From a virus, in the IMG/VR virus record IMGVR_UViG_3300016643_000133, positions 1-64,000 of that record: DNA of 64,000 nt; one strand, written 5' to 3'. Of this stretch, positions 39,315-48,555 are shown in pieces; the stretch's first letter is position 1, and each line of letters opens with the position of its first letter. The notes below the pieces were generated by a model. It was not told the DNA's origin. It did not search any database and saw only the letters and a program-made list of their open reading frames with translations. A program made the position numbers and the translations under genes.

Positions 39315-41672
39315 ATGTCGTTTACTGCCGAACAAAAATCACAATTAGCAAAATTACTGGCAACCGAGAATCTCACGGTTCAACACCAGAAAATTTCTAC
39401 TGCACGGTTTGACACCAAAAACCGTATTCTATACCTTCCAATTTGGCAAAATATGACAGGTTTCATTTACGACCTGTTGGTCGGCCATGAAGTAGGTCAT
39501 GCTCTCTATACACCAGCTGAAGGTTGGCATGATGCGGTAATGGACAATGACAAGAACAAAAACTACAAAAACTTTTTGAATGTTGTTGAAGATGCTCGTA
39601 TTGAGAAAAAAGTCAAACGCAAATATCCTGGTTTAAATACCGCATTTCGTCTTGCATACCAAGAACTCAACAATCGTGATTTCTTTGGCATTAAGAACCG
39701 TGATGTGAATGAACTGCCATTTATTGACCGCCTAAATCTTTTCAGTAAATCGCAATGGCAAGCAACATGGATTAAATTCTCGGCTAACGAAGGATTGTTG
39801 GTCAAAGAAGTGCAAGCTGCTGAAACTTGGGCCGATGTTTTGCGTATTACTGAAAAAGTTTATCAGTATTCAAAAGATGAACAGCATGAAATGGCTCTTC
39901 AACAATTTGATGAAATGATGGCTGAAGGTGCTGATTCGGATGATGGTTATGATATGTCTGATTATGGCAATGATGACTATGAAGAAGGTGATGACGGTGA
40001 TGATTATGACGGAGAGGGTGATGAAACCAATGAGATTGAAAACGGCGATTCTCAATCACAACACAACAAAGCAACCGATGATGAATTTGATTCTAATTCA
40101 GAAGAATTAGGCGATAACATTACACATGACAAAGAATCACACCCTGGCGATAAAGACCAGTTTAACCCTACTTGCAAAACAGATGAAAACTATCGCCGCA
40201 ATGAAACACAATTGCTTGACGATAAATGCAAAGAGTTTGTTTATGTTGACATTCCTAAACCAATCCTAAAAAACATTATTACTCCTGCCAAACGGGTGCA
40301 AGAGTTGATGAGTAAATCATGGAAAAAATTTATTGCTGAATCGTTCATTGAACCAAACAAACCAGTAGAAGTTATGAATGAATTCAAACGCCGTAATGAG
40401 CGTTATGTTGGTCTGCTTGCTAAAGAATTTGAAATGCGTAAGGCTGCAAAAGCTTTCAGCAAGTCAAAACTGTCCGATACTGGCGATATTGATATCAGTA
40501 AACTTTCTTCTTATAAGTTTGACGATAACATTTTCCGCAAAGTAATGATGACACCAAAAGGCAAAAGTCATGGCCTTGTATTGTTACTTGACCGCTCTGG
40601 TTCTATGTCTAGAAATATGTCTGGTTCTATTGAGCAGATTCTCGTATTGTCAATGTTCTGCCGCAAAGTGAATATTCCGTTTGTTGTGTATGGCTTTACT
40701 GAATCAGCGACAGTCAAAACCATTGACCTTGGTCTTGATGTAGATGACCAACAGACACATCAATTTAGCCGTGATTATTCTGGTACAGACAAATACAATT
40801 GTTTTACTCAAAATCTTGGTGAAATGAATTTTAATAATGTTCATTTGCGTGAGTACCTGAATTCTAAAATGTCAAACGCTGAATTTACGGTTGCTCTGAA
40901 AAATATGTGTATGCTAATGGAATCTTACAAAGATGGTAATTATCGTTTATATCCAAGGCCAGAATCTGAGCAACTAAACAATACACCAATGACACAAGCT
41001 ATTGTTGCAACAGCTGAAGTTATGAAAGATTTTAAACGCATCAACAATTTGGATATTTGTAGTTTGGTCATTGTGCATGACGGTGATGCTGACTCTCTCA
41101 ACAGTTATTGGGTTGAAAAAGAACGACAAAATTACAAAACGGGCTTGACTGAAATGACGAAGGTCGGAGAATGGTATTCTAGTGACCGAGTTTATGTCAT
41201 GCGTGACCGTCAAAACAAATTTGAAATTAAAATTGTTAATGTAGTAGAAGATACTTCAACACAAGTTCTCAAATGGTTCAACAAAGTGACTGGTGCTCGT
41301 GTGTTTGGTTTCTTTATTGTTGCTGGTCGTGGTGAAGCCAAATATGCGTTATCTAACCGATATGTGAATGAAGAAGGTAAAAATATGTGGCAAATTAAAG
41401 CTGAGATTGGTTATGATGCTGCAATGGAATACCAGAAAAAACTTTTGAAGAATTTTAAATCTGAAAAATATGCTGCAAGCAAAATCTCTGGTTATGAGAA
41501 TTTCTTTTTCATTCATGGCGGCGAAGAACTTACCACCGATGATGAAGATGGTATTGAAGTAGAAGGTAAATTTACTGCGAAGAAGTTGGCAACGGCATTT
41601 GCCAAATACAATAAAAAACGGGCAGTAAATCGGGTATTAGTATCTCGGTTTATCCAAGGTATTGCCGCTTAA
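39315..41672 (+). CDS. Zn metallopeptidase-vWA (CobT-like) protein
   Basis: HEVGH and NVVEDARIE; acidic linker; MIDAS DRSGS; start 39315 preferred (39297 possible). Confidence 0.85.
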   Translation: MSFTAEQKSQLAKLLATENLTVQHQKISTARFDTKNRILYLPIWQNMTGFIYDLLVGHEVGHALYTPAEGWHDAVMDNDKNKNYKNFLNVVEDARIEKKVKRKYPGLNTAFRLAYQELNNRDFFGIKNRDVNELPFIDRLNLFSKSQWQATWIKFSANEGLLVKEVQAAETWADVLRITEKVYQYSKDEQHEMALQQFDEMMAEGADSDDGYDMSDYGNDDYEEGDDGDDYDGEGDETNEIENGDSQSQHNKATDDEFDSNSEELGDNITHDKESHPGDKDQFNPTCKTDENYRRNETQLLDDKCKEFVYVDIPKPILKNIITPAKRVQELMSKSWKKFIAESFIEPNKPVEVMNEFKRRNERYVGLLAKEFEMRKAAKAFSKSKLSDTGDIDISKLSSYKFDDNIFRKVMMTPKGKSHGLVLLLDRSGSMSRNMSGSIEQILVLSMFCRKVNIPFVVYGFTESATVKTIDLGLDVDDQQTHQFSRDYSGTDKYNCFTQNLGEMNFNNVHLREYLNSKMSNAEFTVALKNMCMLMESYKDGNYRLYPRPESEQLNNTPMTQAIVATAEVMKDFKRINNLDICSLVIVHDGDADSLNSYWVEKERQNYKTGLTEMTKVGEWYSSDRVYVMRDRQNKFEIKIVNVVEDTSTQVLKWFNKVTGARVFGFFIVAGRGEAKYALSNRYVNEEGKNMWQIKAEIGYDAAMEYQKKLLKNFKSEKYAASKISGYENFFFIHGGEELTTDDEDGIEVEGKFTAKKLATAFAKYNKKRAVNRVLVSRFIQGIAA

Positions 41673-41722
41673 GTTGATGTTTATTTGTTATAATTATTTT
41701 TCTTTGATAGGAGTTTTATATT

Positions 41723-42907
41723 ATGAGTAACCGTGCCGAACTAAAACAAATGTTCATTGATGCTTTGATTGCTACTGGTAAACAAACTGTTAGTAAATCA
41801 GAAATCAAAACAATTGCAACCGACCTCGGTCTTAAATCAACCCAATTCTTCACTAAAGAAGAATCTAATCGTGTTGGTCGTGGTCAATATCTAGTGCCAA
41901 ATGCCAATGTTAATATGCAACCTGCTCTACAAGCGCAAGTGATTCCTATGTCCAAACCTGTTGAAAAATCTAGTCATAAAATCAGTAATGTAACAACTGA
42001 CCTAGATGTTACTAACCTAGTGCCTGTTGCTTACAAAAACTATGTACCATTTGGTAACTTTGATGATGTATTGTCAATTGTTTCTTCTATGCGATTCTTT
42101 CCTGTGTTTATCTCAGGTCACTCAGGTAACGGCAAGACCATGTCTATTGAACAGGCTTGTGCTAAGGCAAAACGCAAATTCGTTTGTGTGTCAATGACAC
42201 CTGAAACTGATGAGAGTGACCTTCTAGGTAACTATGTTCTGATTGATGGTAATATGGAATGGCGTGATGGTCCTGTGACTACTGCCGCTCGTCAAGGTGC
42301 TGTTCTCTGTATTGATGAGATTGATTACGGTGCTCAGAACCTCTCCAGTTTGCAGCGTGTGCTAGAAGGTAAACCGTTTATGTTGAAAAAGAAAGGTGAA
42401 TTGATTTCACCTGCACCCGGTTTTACCGTGTTTGCTACCGCAAATACTAAAGGTAAAGGTTCAGATGACGGTCGTTATATGTTCACCAATGTTTTGAACG
42501 AAGCATTCCTTGAGCGTTTTCGTACCACAATGGAACAAGAATTTCCTCCTGTTAAAACTGAACGCAAGATTATTGAGAAAGAACTTGCTTCTGTTGGTAA
42601 AGCAGATAATGATTTTGCCGAGAAGCTTGTTACTTGGGCTGATGTGATTCGTAAAACATTCGCCGATGGCGGTTGCGATGAAGTGATTTCTACTCGCCGT
42701 CTTGTGCATATTGTTGAAACATACGGCATCTTTGGTGATAAGATGAAGGCAATTACTCTGTGTCTGAATCGTTTTGATGATGACACTAAGGCATCATTTG
42801 TTGACCTGTATACTAAGGTTGATGCAGGTGCTTCTGCTGAACAGATTCTTGCACCTCAACCTGAACCTGTTGTTGAAGAAGTAAAACCTGAAGAACAACC
42901 TTACTAA
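41723..42907 (+). CDS. cobS: CobS/MoxR-type AAA+ ATPase
   Basis: GHSGNGKT; IDEID; ATANTKGKG; NEAFLERF; ISTRRL. Confidence 0.9.
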   Translation: MSNRAELKQMFIDALIATGKQTVSKSEIKTIATDLGLKSTQFFTKEESNRVGRGQYLVPNANVNMQPALQAQVIPMSKPVEKSSHKISNVTTDLDVTNLVPVAYKNYVPFGNFDDVLSIVSSMRFFPVFISGHSGNGKTMSIEQACAKAKRKFVCVSMTPETDESDLLGNYVLIDGNMEWRDGPVTTAARQGAVLCIDEIDYGAQNLSSLQRVLEGKPFMLKKKGELISPAPGFTVFATANTKGKGSDDGRYMFTNVLNEAFLERFRTTMEQEFPPVKTERKIIEKELASVGKADNDFAEKLVTWADVIRKTFADGGCDEVISTRRLVHIVETYGIFGDKMKAITLCLNRFDDDTKASFVDLYTKVDAGASAEQILAPQPEPVVEEVKPEEQPY

Positions 42908-42929
42908 TAAGTTTGTAGTTCGGCACTTT

Positions 42930-42956
42930 GGCCTGTGGCAACACAGGCCTTTTTTT
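42930..42956 (+). terminator. Rho-independent terminator
   Basis: GGCCTGTG-GCAA-CACAGGCC plus T7. Confidence 0.92.
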
Positions 42957-42978
42957 GTAACATTTGCCTGTATAAAGC

Positions 42979-43007
42979 TTGTATAAATGTTTCAGATATG
43001 TTATAAT
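42979..43007 (+). promoter_or_regulatory. Sigma70-type promoter
   Basis: TTGTAT-N17-TATAAT with extended -10 TG. Confidence 0.7.
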
Positions 43008-43018
43008 TATATTATCAA

Positions 43019-43063
43019 ATTTGAGAGAACGGTCGCCTCTCAAATGTTTACCTTGTTGCGACC
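43019..43063 (+). promoter_or_regulatory. Putative H-type pseudoknot in the 5' UTR
   Basis: Stem ATTTGAGAG/CTCTCAAAT; loop GGTCGC complementary to GCGACC at 43058-43063. Confidence 0.6.
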
Positions 43064-43083
43064 ATTTTATGGAGTATTTCGTA

Positions 43084-43359
43084 ATGAAATCAGCTAAAGC
43101 TAAAGTTCTCGCCTATCTTTCTAAAGACAGCGAGTATAACACTCTCACCGTTGCCAAGATGCAATCTGTTTTTGGTATCGCAAACCCTTCCGCTACTATC
43201 AATGAGTTGCGTAACGAAGGTCATGCAATTTACCACAACACTCGCTTCAATGCTAACGGCGAAAAAGTTTCTTTCTATCGCCTTGGTCAGCCAACTAAGC
43301 GCATGGTAGCCGCAGGTATTGCCGCTCTGCGTGCTCAGGGAGAGCGTGCTTTTGCCTAA
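43084..43359 (+). CDS. Winged-helix DNA-binding protein
   Basis: SD GGAG 43071; FGIANPSATINELRNEGHAIY HTH plus wing. Confidence 0.75.
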   Translation: MKSAKAKVLAYLSKDSEYNTLTVAKMQSVFGIANPSATINELRNEGHAIYHNTRFNANGEKVSFYRLGQPTKRMVAAGIAALRAQGERAFA

Positions 43360-43379
43360 AATAGTTTAGGAAAAGCGAT

Positions 43380-43417
43380 GAGGAAGTAATACATATAGGT
43401 GTTACTTCCTCTTTTTT
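43380..43417 (+). terminator. Rho-independent terminator
   Basis: GAGGAAGTAATAC/GTGTTACTTCCTC plus T6. Confidence 0.9.
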
Positions 43418-43432
43418 GTTTATGGAGTTGTC

Positions 43433-44248
43433 ATGGAAATTCAAGTTAAAGTAGAAGATTTAAAGAAAAACAAGGTGTTCGTGGCAACACCGATGTATGG
43501 TGGCATGGCTCATGGCCTATACATTAAATCATGCCTAGATTTACAAACCACCATGTCCAAATATGGTGTAGAAACAAAATTCTCCTTTCTGTTCAACGAA
43601 TCACTCATCACAAGGGCTCGTAACTACCTTGTAGATGAATTTCTCCGTTCTGATTTTACCCATCTCCTCTTTATTGATTCGGACATTCATTACAATCCAC
43701 AAGATGTAATTGCTATGTTAGCACTTGATAAAGATGTGATTGGTGGTCCTTATCCTAAGAAGTCAATCAATTGGGGTAATGTGGCACAGGCCGCAAGAAA
43801 TAATCCTAATATGGAACCAAAAGAATTAGAAACTCTTGTTGGTGAATATGTGTTTAATGTTGTAAAAGGCACACAGTCATTTCAAGTTACAGACCCACTA
43901 GAAGTGCTTGAAATTGGTACTGGTTATATGATGGTCAAGCGTGGTGTATTTGATAAGATGAAAGATGCTTATCCTATGATTCACTACAAACCTGACCATG
44001 TTGGTCAAGCTAACTTTGATGGTTCTCGTTACATTCACGCCTTCTTTGATACAGTCATTGATACAAAAGAATCAATTACAGGCGGCGGTTCTGACCGTTA
44101 TCTAAGTGAAGATTATATGTTCTGTCAAATGTGGCGTAAAATTGGCGGACAAGTTTGGCTATGTCCTTGGATGAAAACACAACACATCGGCACTTATGCA
44201 TTTACTGGTAATATGCCTGCTGTTGCACAATATACGGGTCGTCTATGA
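43433..44248 (+). CDS. GT-A fold glycosyltransferase-like protein
   Basis: ATPMYGG; ESLITRARN; FIDSDI (DxD); GTGYM; LSEDYMFC. Confidence 0.8.
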   Translation: MEIQVKVEDLKKNKVFVATPMYGGMAHGLYIKSCLDLQTTMSKYGVETKFSFLFNESLITRARNYLVDEFLRSDFTHLLFIDSDIHYNPQDVIAMLALDKDVIGGPYPKKSINWGNVAQAARNNPNMEPKELETLVGEYVFNVVKGTQSFQVTDPLEVLEIGTGYMMVKRGVFDKMKDAYPMIHYKPDHVGQANFDGSRYIHAFFDTVIDTKESITGGGSDRYLSEDYMFCQMWRKIGGQVWLCPWMKTQHIGTYAFTGNMPAVAQYTGRL

Positions 44249-44580
44249 CAAGCAAAGTTGTAAAAGAATCACAAACAGCGACAACAGGTGGCCGTAAATT
44301 TGATGGCGGTAAATTACAATATGGTTTACTGCCGCCTGCTGCACTTAAAGCTACAGTTGAGATTCTTACTTTTGGTGCTGAGAAGTATGAGCCTGATAAT
44401 TGGAAATATGTACCAGAATCCAAACGAAGATACTTTGATGCTTTAAATCGCCATTTGTGGGCATGGAAAGAGGGAGAACAGTTAGACCCTGAATCTGGTA
44501 AACACCATTTGGCCCATGCTATGTGTTGCCTCATGTTTCTATACGAACATGATACAATATACTCTGTTGATAAATCTTAA
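44245..44580 (+). CDS. dATP/dGTP diphosphohydrolase-domain protein (DUF5664-like)
   Basis: KFDGGK; GAEKY..DNW; RHL; DPESGKHHLAHA. Confidence 0.85.
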   Translation: MTSKVVKESQTATTGGRKFDGGKLQYGLLPPAALKATVEILTFGAEKYEPDNWKYVPESKRRYFDALNRHLWAWKEGEQLDPESGKHHLAHAMCCLMFLYEHDTIYSVDKS

Positions 44581-44595
44581 TTATGAGAGGTAAGT

Positions 44596-45282
44596 ATGAA
44601 ACTATCAAACGAAACCATTTCGGTTCTTAAAAACTTTGGTGCAATCAACCAAGGTATCCTTTTCAAAAAAGGTAAAACACTTAAAACGGTATCTTCACAC
44701 AAGAACATTCTTGCTGAAGTAGATATCAAAGAAGAAATTCCTGCTGAGTTTGGCATTTATGACCTAAACAATTTCTTGTCGGTCATTTCTCTACACAAAG
44801 ACGACCCATCTTTTGAGTTTGATGAGAAGCAGGTTACGATTGTTGGTAACAAAGGTCGTAGCAAAATCAAATATCGTTTCACACCATCAAATATGATTGT
44901 TACTCCACCTGAGAAACAATTGACAATGCCTGATGCTGAAATTAAATTTGAATTGAAATCAGAAGATTTTGAATGGGTTATGCGAGCTGCAGGTGTTCTT
45001 GCATCACCACAGATTGCTATTGAATCAGATGGTAAAAAAGTGAGCATTGTTACACTTGACCTACAAAATGATTCTGCACACACAGACGCACTAGAAATTG
45101 CTGATGGCAATGGTAACAAATACAAGATGGTATTTAAGACAGAAAACATCACTAAAATTATGAGTGGTTCTTATGATGTTTCTATTTCTTCAAAAGGCAT
45201 CTCTCATTTCAAAAACAAAACCCTTCCTCTACAGTATTGGATTACGACAGAGCAAGGTTCTAAATTTGAAAAGGTATCTTAA
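44596..45282 (+). CDS. gp45: Sliding clamp gp45
   Basis: MKLSNETISVLKNF..INQGI; FGIYDLNNFL. Confidence 0.95.
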   Translation: MKLSNETISVLKNFGAINQGILFKKGKTLKTVSSHKNILAEVDIKEEIPAEFGIYDLNNFLSVISLHKDDPSFEFDEKQVTIVGNKGRSKIKYRFTPSNMIVTPPEKQLTMPDAEIKFELKSEDFEWVMRAAGVLASPQIAIESDGKKVSIVTLDLQNDSAHTDALEIADGNGNKYKMVFKTENITKIMSGSYDVSISSKGISHFKNKTLPLQYWITTEQGSKFEKVS

Positions 45283-45283
45283 A

Positions 45284-45508
45284 ATGGCATTTAAATATTT
45301 CACAAACGCAGTAGAAGGTCATGTTGATGAATCAATTGCTATCAACCCTGACCATATTATTAATGTGTATGAGCGTGAAACAGTTGTAGCTACAAAAGAA
45401 GGTAACAAAGAAAAGAAAGTAACAATTCTTTTTGCTGGTCCTGCTGGTTCTTGGGAAGTTAAAGAGGACCTTCTGACCGTTGTTGCTCGTCTAAATGAGC
45501 GTGACTAA
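45284..45508 (+). CDS. Small hypothetical protein (FlbD-like)
   Basis: Start moved to ATG 45284; IAINPDHI...VKEDLLTVVARLN. Confidence 0.6.
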   Translation: MAFKYFTNAVEGHVDESIAINPDHIINVYERETVVATKEGNKEKKVTILFAGPAGSWEVKEDLLTVVARLNERD

Positions 45509-45533
45509 ATTATGATATATGTGAAAGGTTCTT

Positions 45534-46466
45534 ATGGAACATTTGTTATGGACAGAGAAGTATCGGCCTCAGACGGTAGAAGATTGTATTCTTCCAGACC
45601 GTCTGAAAAAGCCATTTCAGGAGTATGTGAATCAAAAGGAGATACCAAATCTCCTATTGAGTGGCGGTGCGGGAGTAGGCAAGACAACCGTAGCGAAAGC
45701 GATGTGCAACGAAATTGGTTGCGACTTCATGGTAATCAATGGTTCTGATGAAAGTGGTATTGACACATTTAGAACCAAGATTAAGAATTATGCTTCTTCA
45801 ATGGCACTTACTGGCGGCCGCAAGGTCATCATTATTGACGAAGCAGATTATCTAAACCCAAACTCAACTCAACCGGCTTTGCGTAATGCGATTGAAGAAT
45901 TCGCAAGCAATTGCTCGTTCATCTTTACTTGTAACTACAAAAATCGCATTATAGAACCGCTACACAGCCGTTGTGCGGTGATTGACTTTGGCCTCAAGAA
46001 TGGTGAGAAGGCCAAGATGGCTTCGGCGTTCTTCAAACGAATTCAATCAGTTTTGCAAAGTGAATCCGTTGACGCTGATGATGCAGTTTTGGCAGAATTA
46101 ATTAAGAAACACTTTCCAGATTTCCGCCGTGTTCTCAATGAACTTCAGCGATACAGCCAGTTTGGTAAGATTGATACTGGTATTCTTTCACAGATTGCTG
46201 ACATTTCAATCAGCGAACTAACCAAGCACATTTCATCAAAAGATTTTTCTTCTATTCGTAAGTGGGTAGCGTCACACGAAATAGACAATACCACCATGTT
46301 TCGTAAACTATATGATACATTGTATGACATTCTGAAACCAACATCTATACCACAAGCGGTGTTGATTCTGGCTGACTATCAATACAAAGCTGCATTTGTT
46401 GCTGACCAAGAAATTAATATGGTTGCTTGTCTGACAGAACTTATGGTGAATTGTGACTTTGTTTGA
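45534..46466 (+). CDS. gp44: Clamp loader large subunit gp44
   Basis: WTEKYRP; GVGKTT; IIDEAD; SRC. Confidence 0.96.
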   Translation: MEHLLWTEKYRPQTVEDCILPDRLKKPFQEYVNQKEIPNLLLSGGAGVGKTTVAKAMCNEIGCDFMVINGSDESGIDTFRTKIKNYASSMALTGGRKVIIIDEADYLNPNSTQPALRNAIEEFASNCSFIFTCNYKNRIIEPLHSRCAVIDFGLKNGEKAKMASAFFKRIQSVLQSESVDADDAVLAELIKKHFPDFRRVLNELQRYSQFGKIDTGILSQIADISISELTKHISSKDFSSIRKWVASHEIDNTTMFRKLYDTLYDILKPTSIPQAVLILADYQYKAAFVADQEINMVACLTELMVNCDFV

Positions 46467-47007
46467 TTCTTTATTTTCAGATGGGTCTTTGACCAAATAT
46501 ATCAAAGAAAAACAAAACGACATTTAGAAAAATACTTATTTTGAAGGTTATGTTCATCTTAACCCTAGACAAAAAGGGACTTTTGGTGAAATGTTCGTAG
46601 AGAAATATTTAACAAGTAAAGGCCATACAGTAGAAAAAAGAACAAATGCTGGCCACGATAGAATAATTGATGACCACAAAACAGAAATTAAATTTGGAAT
46701 GTGCAACAAAGGCATTAAAGATTGCTTTTTAATAAACCACATTTCAAAAAATAAAGATTGGGAAAGATTGATTTTTTGTGGCATAAATCCAACCGAAAAA
46801 GAAAGCATATTTGTATGGTTTACAAAACAAGATTTCTGTAAAGTTTTAGAAACAACCAACGACATATTTGGTCATCAGCAAGGCGGTAAAAAAATTAAGA
46901 ATGATGACTATATGTGTGGTAACATTGATAGTTTATTGAAACTTCCTTTTGTTAGACCAATAACAGAATGGAAAAGAAAACAAACTTTGATTGATTTTAT
47001 ATTATGA
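46459..47007 (+). pseudogene. PD-(D/E)XK-like nuclease interrupted by an in-frame TAG (46525-46527)
   Basis: Frame open from TTG 46459 through ATG 46591 except for one TAG; KGTFGE..GHDRII..TEIKF motifs. Confidence 0.55.
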
Positions 47008-47387
47008 ACCCATTTGACTATGTTAAAGAAATTTTACAAGGTAAAAAACAATTAATTGTTGACGACCTTACAGAGAAAGAATATAACCCTTTCATCGTAA
47101 ATCGCTCTCTATCCTACCATAAAGATTGCGTTTTGTATGCAAATGAGATGAACCGCCGTCATTTTTTAGACAAAAAGTTGCAGAATGACTTTTTACTAAA
47201 TACCGTCAGGTCTCAAAAGAGACCCTTTGCGAAGTGGGTTAAGGCTGAGAAAAGTGATGATTTAGAATGTATAAAACAAATCTATGGATTCTCCGATTCA
47301 AAAGCCCGTGAGGCACTCCGTCTACTAAGCAAAGACCAAATCCAACAATTAAAAGAACAAACCGATACCGGTGGATTAAGGAAATGA
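47004..47387 (+). CDS. gp62: Clamp loader small subunit gp62
   Basis: YNPFIVNRSLS; ANEMN; synteny. Confidence 0.93.
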   Translation: MNPFDYVKEILQGKKQLIVDDLTEKEYNPFIVNRSLSYHKDCVLYANEMNRRHFLDKKLQNDFLLNTVRSQKRPFAKWVKAEKSDDLECIKQIYGFSDSKAREALRLLSKDQIQQLKEQTDTGGLRK

Positions 47388-47388
47388 A

Positions 47389-47793
47389 ATGGTAGATTTG
47401 ACACAGTTCATTGAGGTTTCGCTCAACGAACAAGATGATTTTTTGAAAGTAAGAGAAACCCTTACTCGGATTGGTGTATCTTCACGGAAAGAAAAAGTAT
47501 TATATCAATCTTGCCACATTCTTCATAAACAAGGCAAGTATTATATTGTGCATTTTAAAGAGTTGTTTGCTTTAGATGGCAAGCCTTCTAACATATCTGA
47601 GAATGACATTCAAAGACGGAATGCTATTGCAAATTTGCTAGAAGAATGGGGTTTGATTAAAATATTGAATCGCAGGTTGATAGAAGGTAATATTGCACCT
47701 CTACACCAGATAAAAATTATTTCATTCAAAGAGAAAGACGATTGGAATTTAATTGCCAAATATAACATTGGCAAAAAACCAAACGATTATTGA
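47389..47793 (+). CDS. regA: Translational repressor RegA
   Basis: DFLKVRETLTRIG; LYQSCHILHKQGKYYIVHFKELF. Confidence 0.97.
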   Translation: MVDLTQFIEVSLNEQDDFLKVRETLTRIGVSSRKEKVLYQSCHILHKQGKYYIVHFKELFALDGKPSNISENDIQRRNAIANLLEEWGLIKILNRRLIEGNIAPLHQIKIISFKEKDDWNLIAKYNIGKKPNDY

Positions 47794-47811
47794 TTTTTGA
47801 ATAAATAATGG

Positions 47812-47867
47812 TGCGGCGCCTAATGGGCCGCAATTTGATTAACTCGCTTAATAGGAGATAAAAAATG
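47812..47867 (+). promoter_or_regulatory. ROSE-like RNA thermometer leader of hsp20
   Basis: CTCGCT-TAAT-AGGAG hairpin with bulged G over the SD; upstream TGCGGC/GCCGCA hairpin. Confidence 0.55.
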
Positions 47868-48344
47868 GTTAGTCGTATTTCTTTTGGGCCTTTGGCTCAT
47901 ACAACTTTGGGTTTTGAGCGTTTCTTTGATGATGTTGAAAAACTTTTGGCTACAGATATTACAAAAGTAACCCAATCTTTCCCACCACATAACATCATTA
48001 AGCTAGACGAAACGCATTATGTCGTTGAGCTTGCTATTGCTGGTTTCAGTAAAGATGAAATTGAAATCACAACAGAAAATGGAACCCTCACTATCAAAGG
48101 TGAAAGGAAAGATAAAGATGTTGAAGTGAATTATCTGCATCGTGGAATTGGCACTCGGTCATTTACAAAACAATTGACCATTGCTGACACCGTTGAAGTT
48201 CGTGGTGCAGAGTTTAAAGATGGCATTTTGCGTGTTGGTTTAGAGAATGTAATTCCTGAGCACAAGAAACCACGCAAGATTGAAATTGGTAATGAACTTA
48301 AAGAGTTTAAGCCACAACTTCTACAAGAGAAGAAAGTAGCATAA
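47865..48344 (+). CDS. hsp20: Small heat shock protein (IbpA-like)
   Basis: FPPHNI; ELAIAGF; YLHRGIGTRSF; IPEHKKPRKIEI. Confidence 0.95.
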   Translation: MVSRISFGPLAHTTLGFERFFDDVEKLLATDITKVTQSFPPHNIIKLDETHYVVELAIAGFSKDEIEITTENGTLTIKGERKDKDVEVNYLHRGIGTRSFTKQLTIADTVEVRGAEFKDGILRVGLENVIPEHKKPRKIEIGNELKEFKPQLLQEKKVA

Positions 48345-48348
48345 CTCG

Positions 48349-48368
48349 GCGGGGCTCTGCCCCGCTTT
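48349..48368 (+). terminator. GC hairpin after hsp20
   Basis: GCGGGGC-TCT-GCCCCGC-TTT. Confidence 0.6.
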
Positions 48369-48381
48369 ACTTGGAGATATT

Positions 48382-48555
48382 ATGACAAAGCGTGATAAAA
48401 ACTTTCGGTTGAGTAAAACAACCAAACGGATGATGGCAGGTAAACTCTGCACCAATCCAAATCAATTTAAAAAAGCCATGATTGAAGCACAAATCATTGG
48501 CTCTATTCCAGTCAAATCAGAAAAGAAAAGCAAAAGCACACCTAAGGAAGAATAA
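48382..48555 (+). CDS. Small basic hypothetical protein (57 aa, missing from the ORF track)
   Basis: SD GGAG; MTKRDKNFRLSKTTKRM...; TAATG overlap with the next gene. Confidence 0.65.
   Translation: MTKRDKNFRLSKTTKRMMAGKLCTNPNQFKKAMIEAQIIGSIPVKSEKKSKSTPKEE

Noticed and set aside
41723-42907. Cobalamin biosynthesis linked to the B12 radical SAM enzyme
   Set aside because: Phage CobS-like proteins are MoxR-type ATPases; no cobN or other cob genes are present
45512-45748. Overlapping 78-aa ORF inside gp44
   Set aside because: Alternate frame of a conserved gene, with no supporting features
46525-46527. Genome-wide TAG reassignment
   Set aside because: All core genes are full length in code 11 with no internal TAG, and TAG ends the ORFs at 745 and 49964
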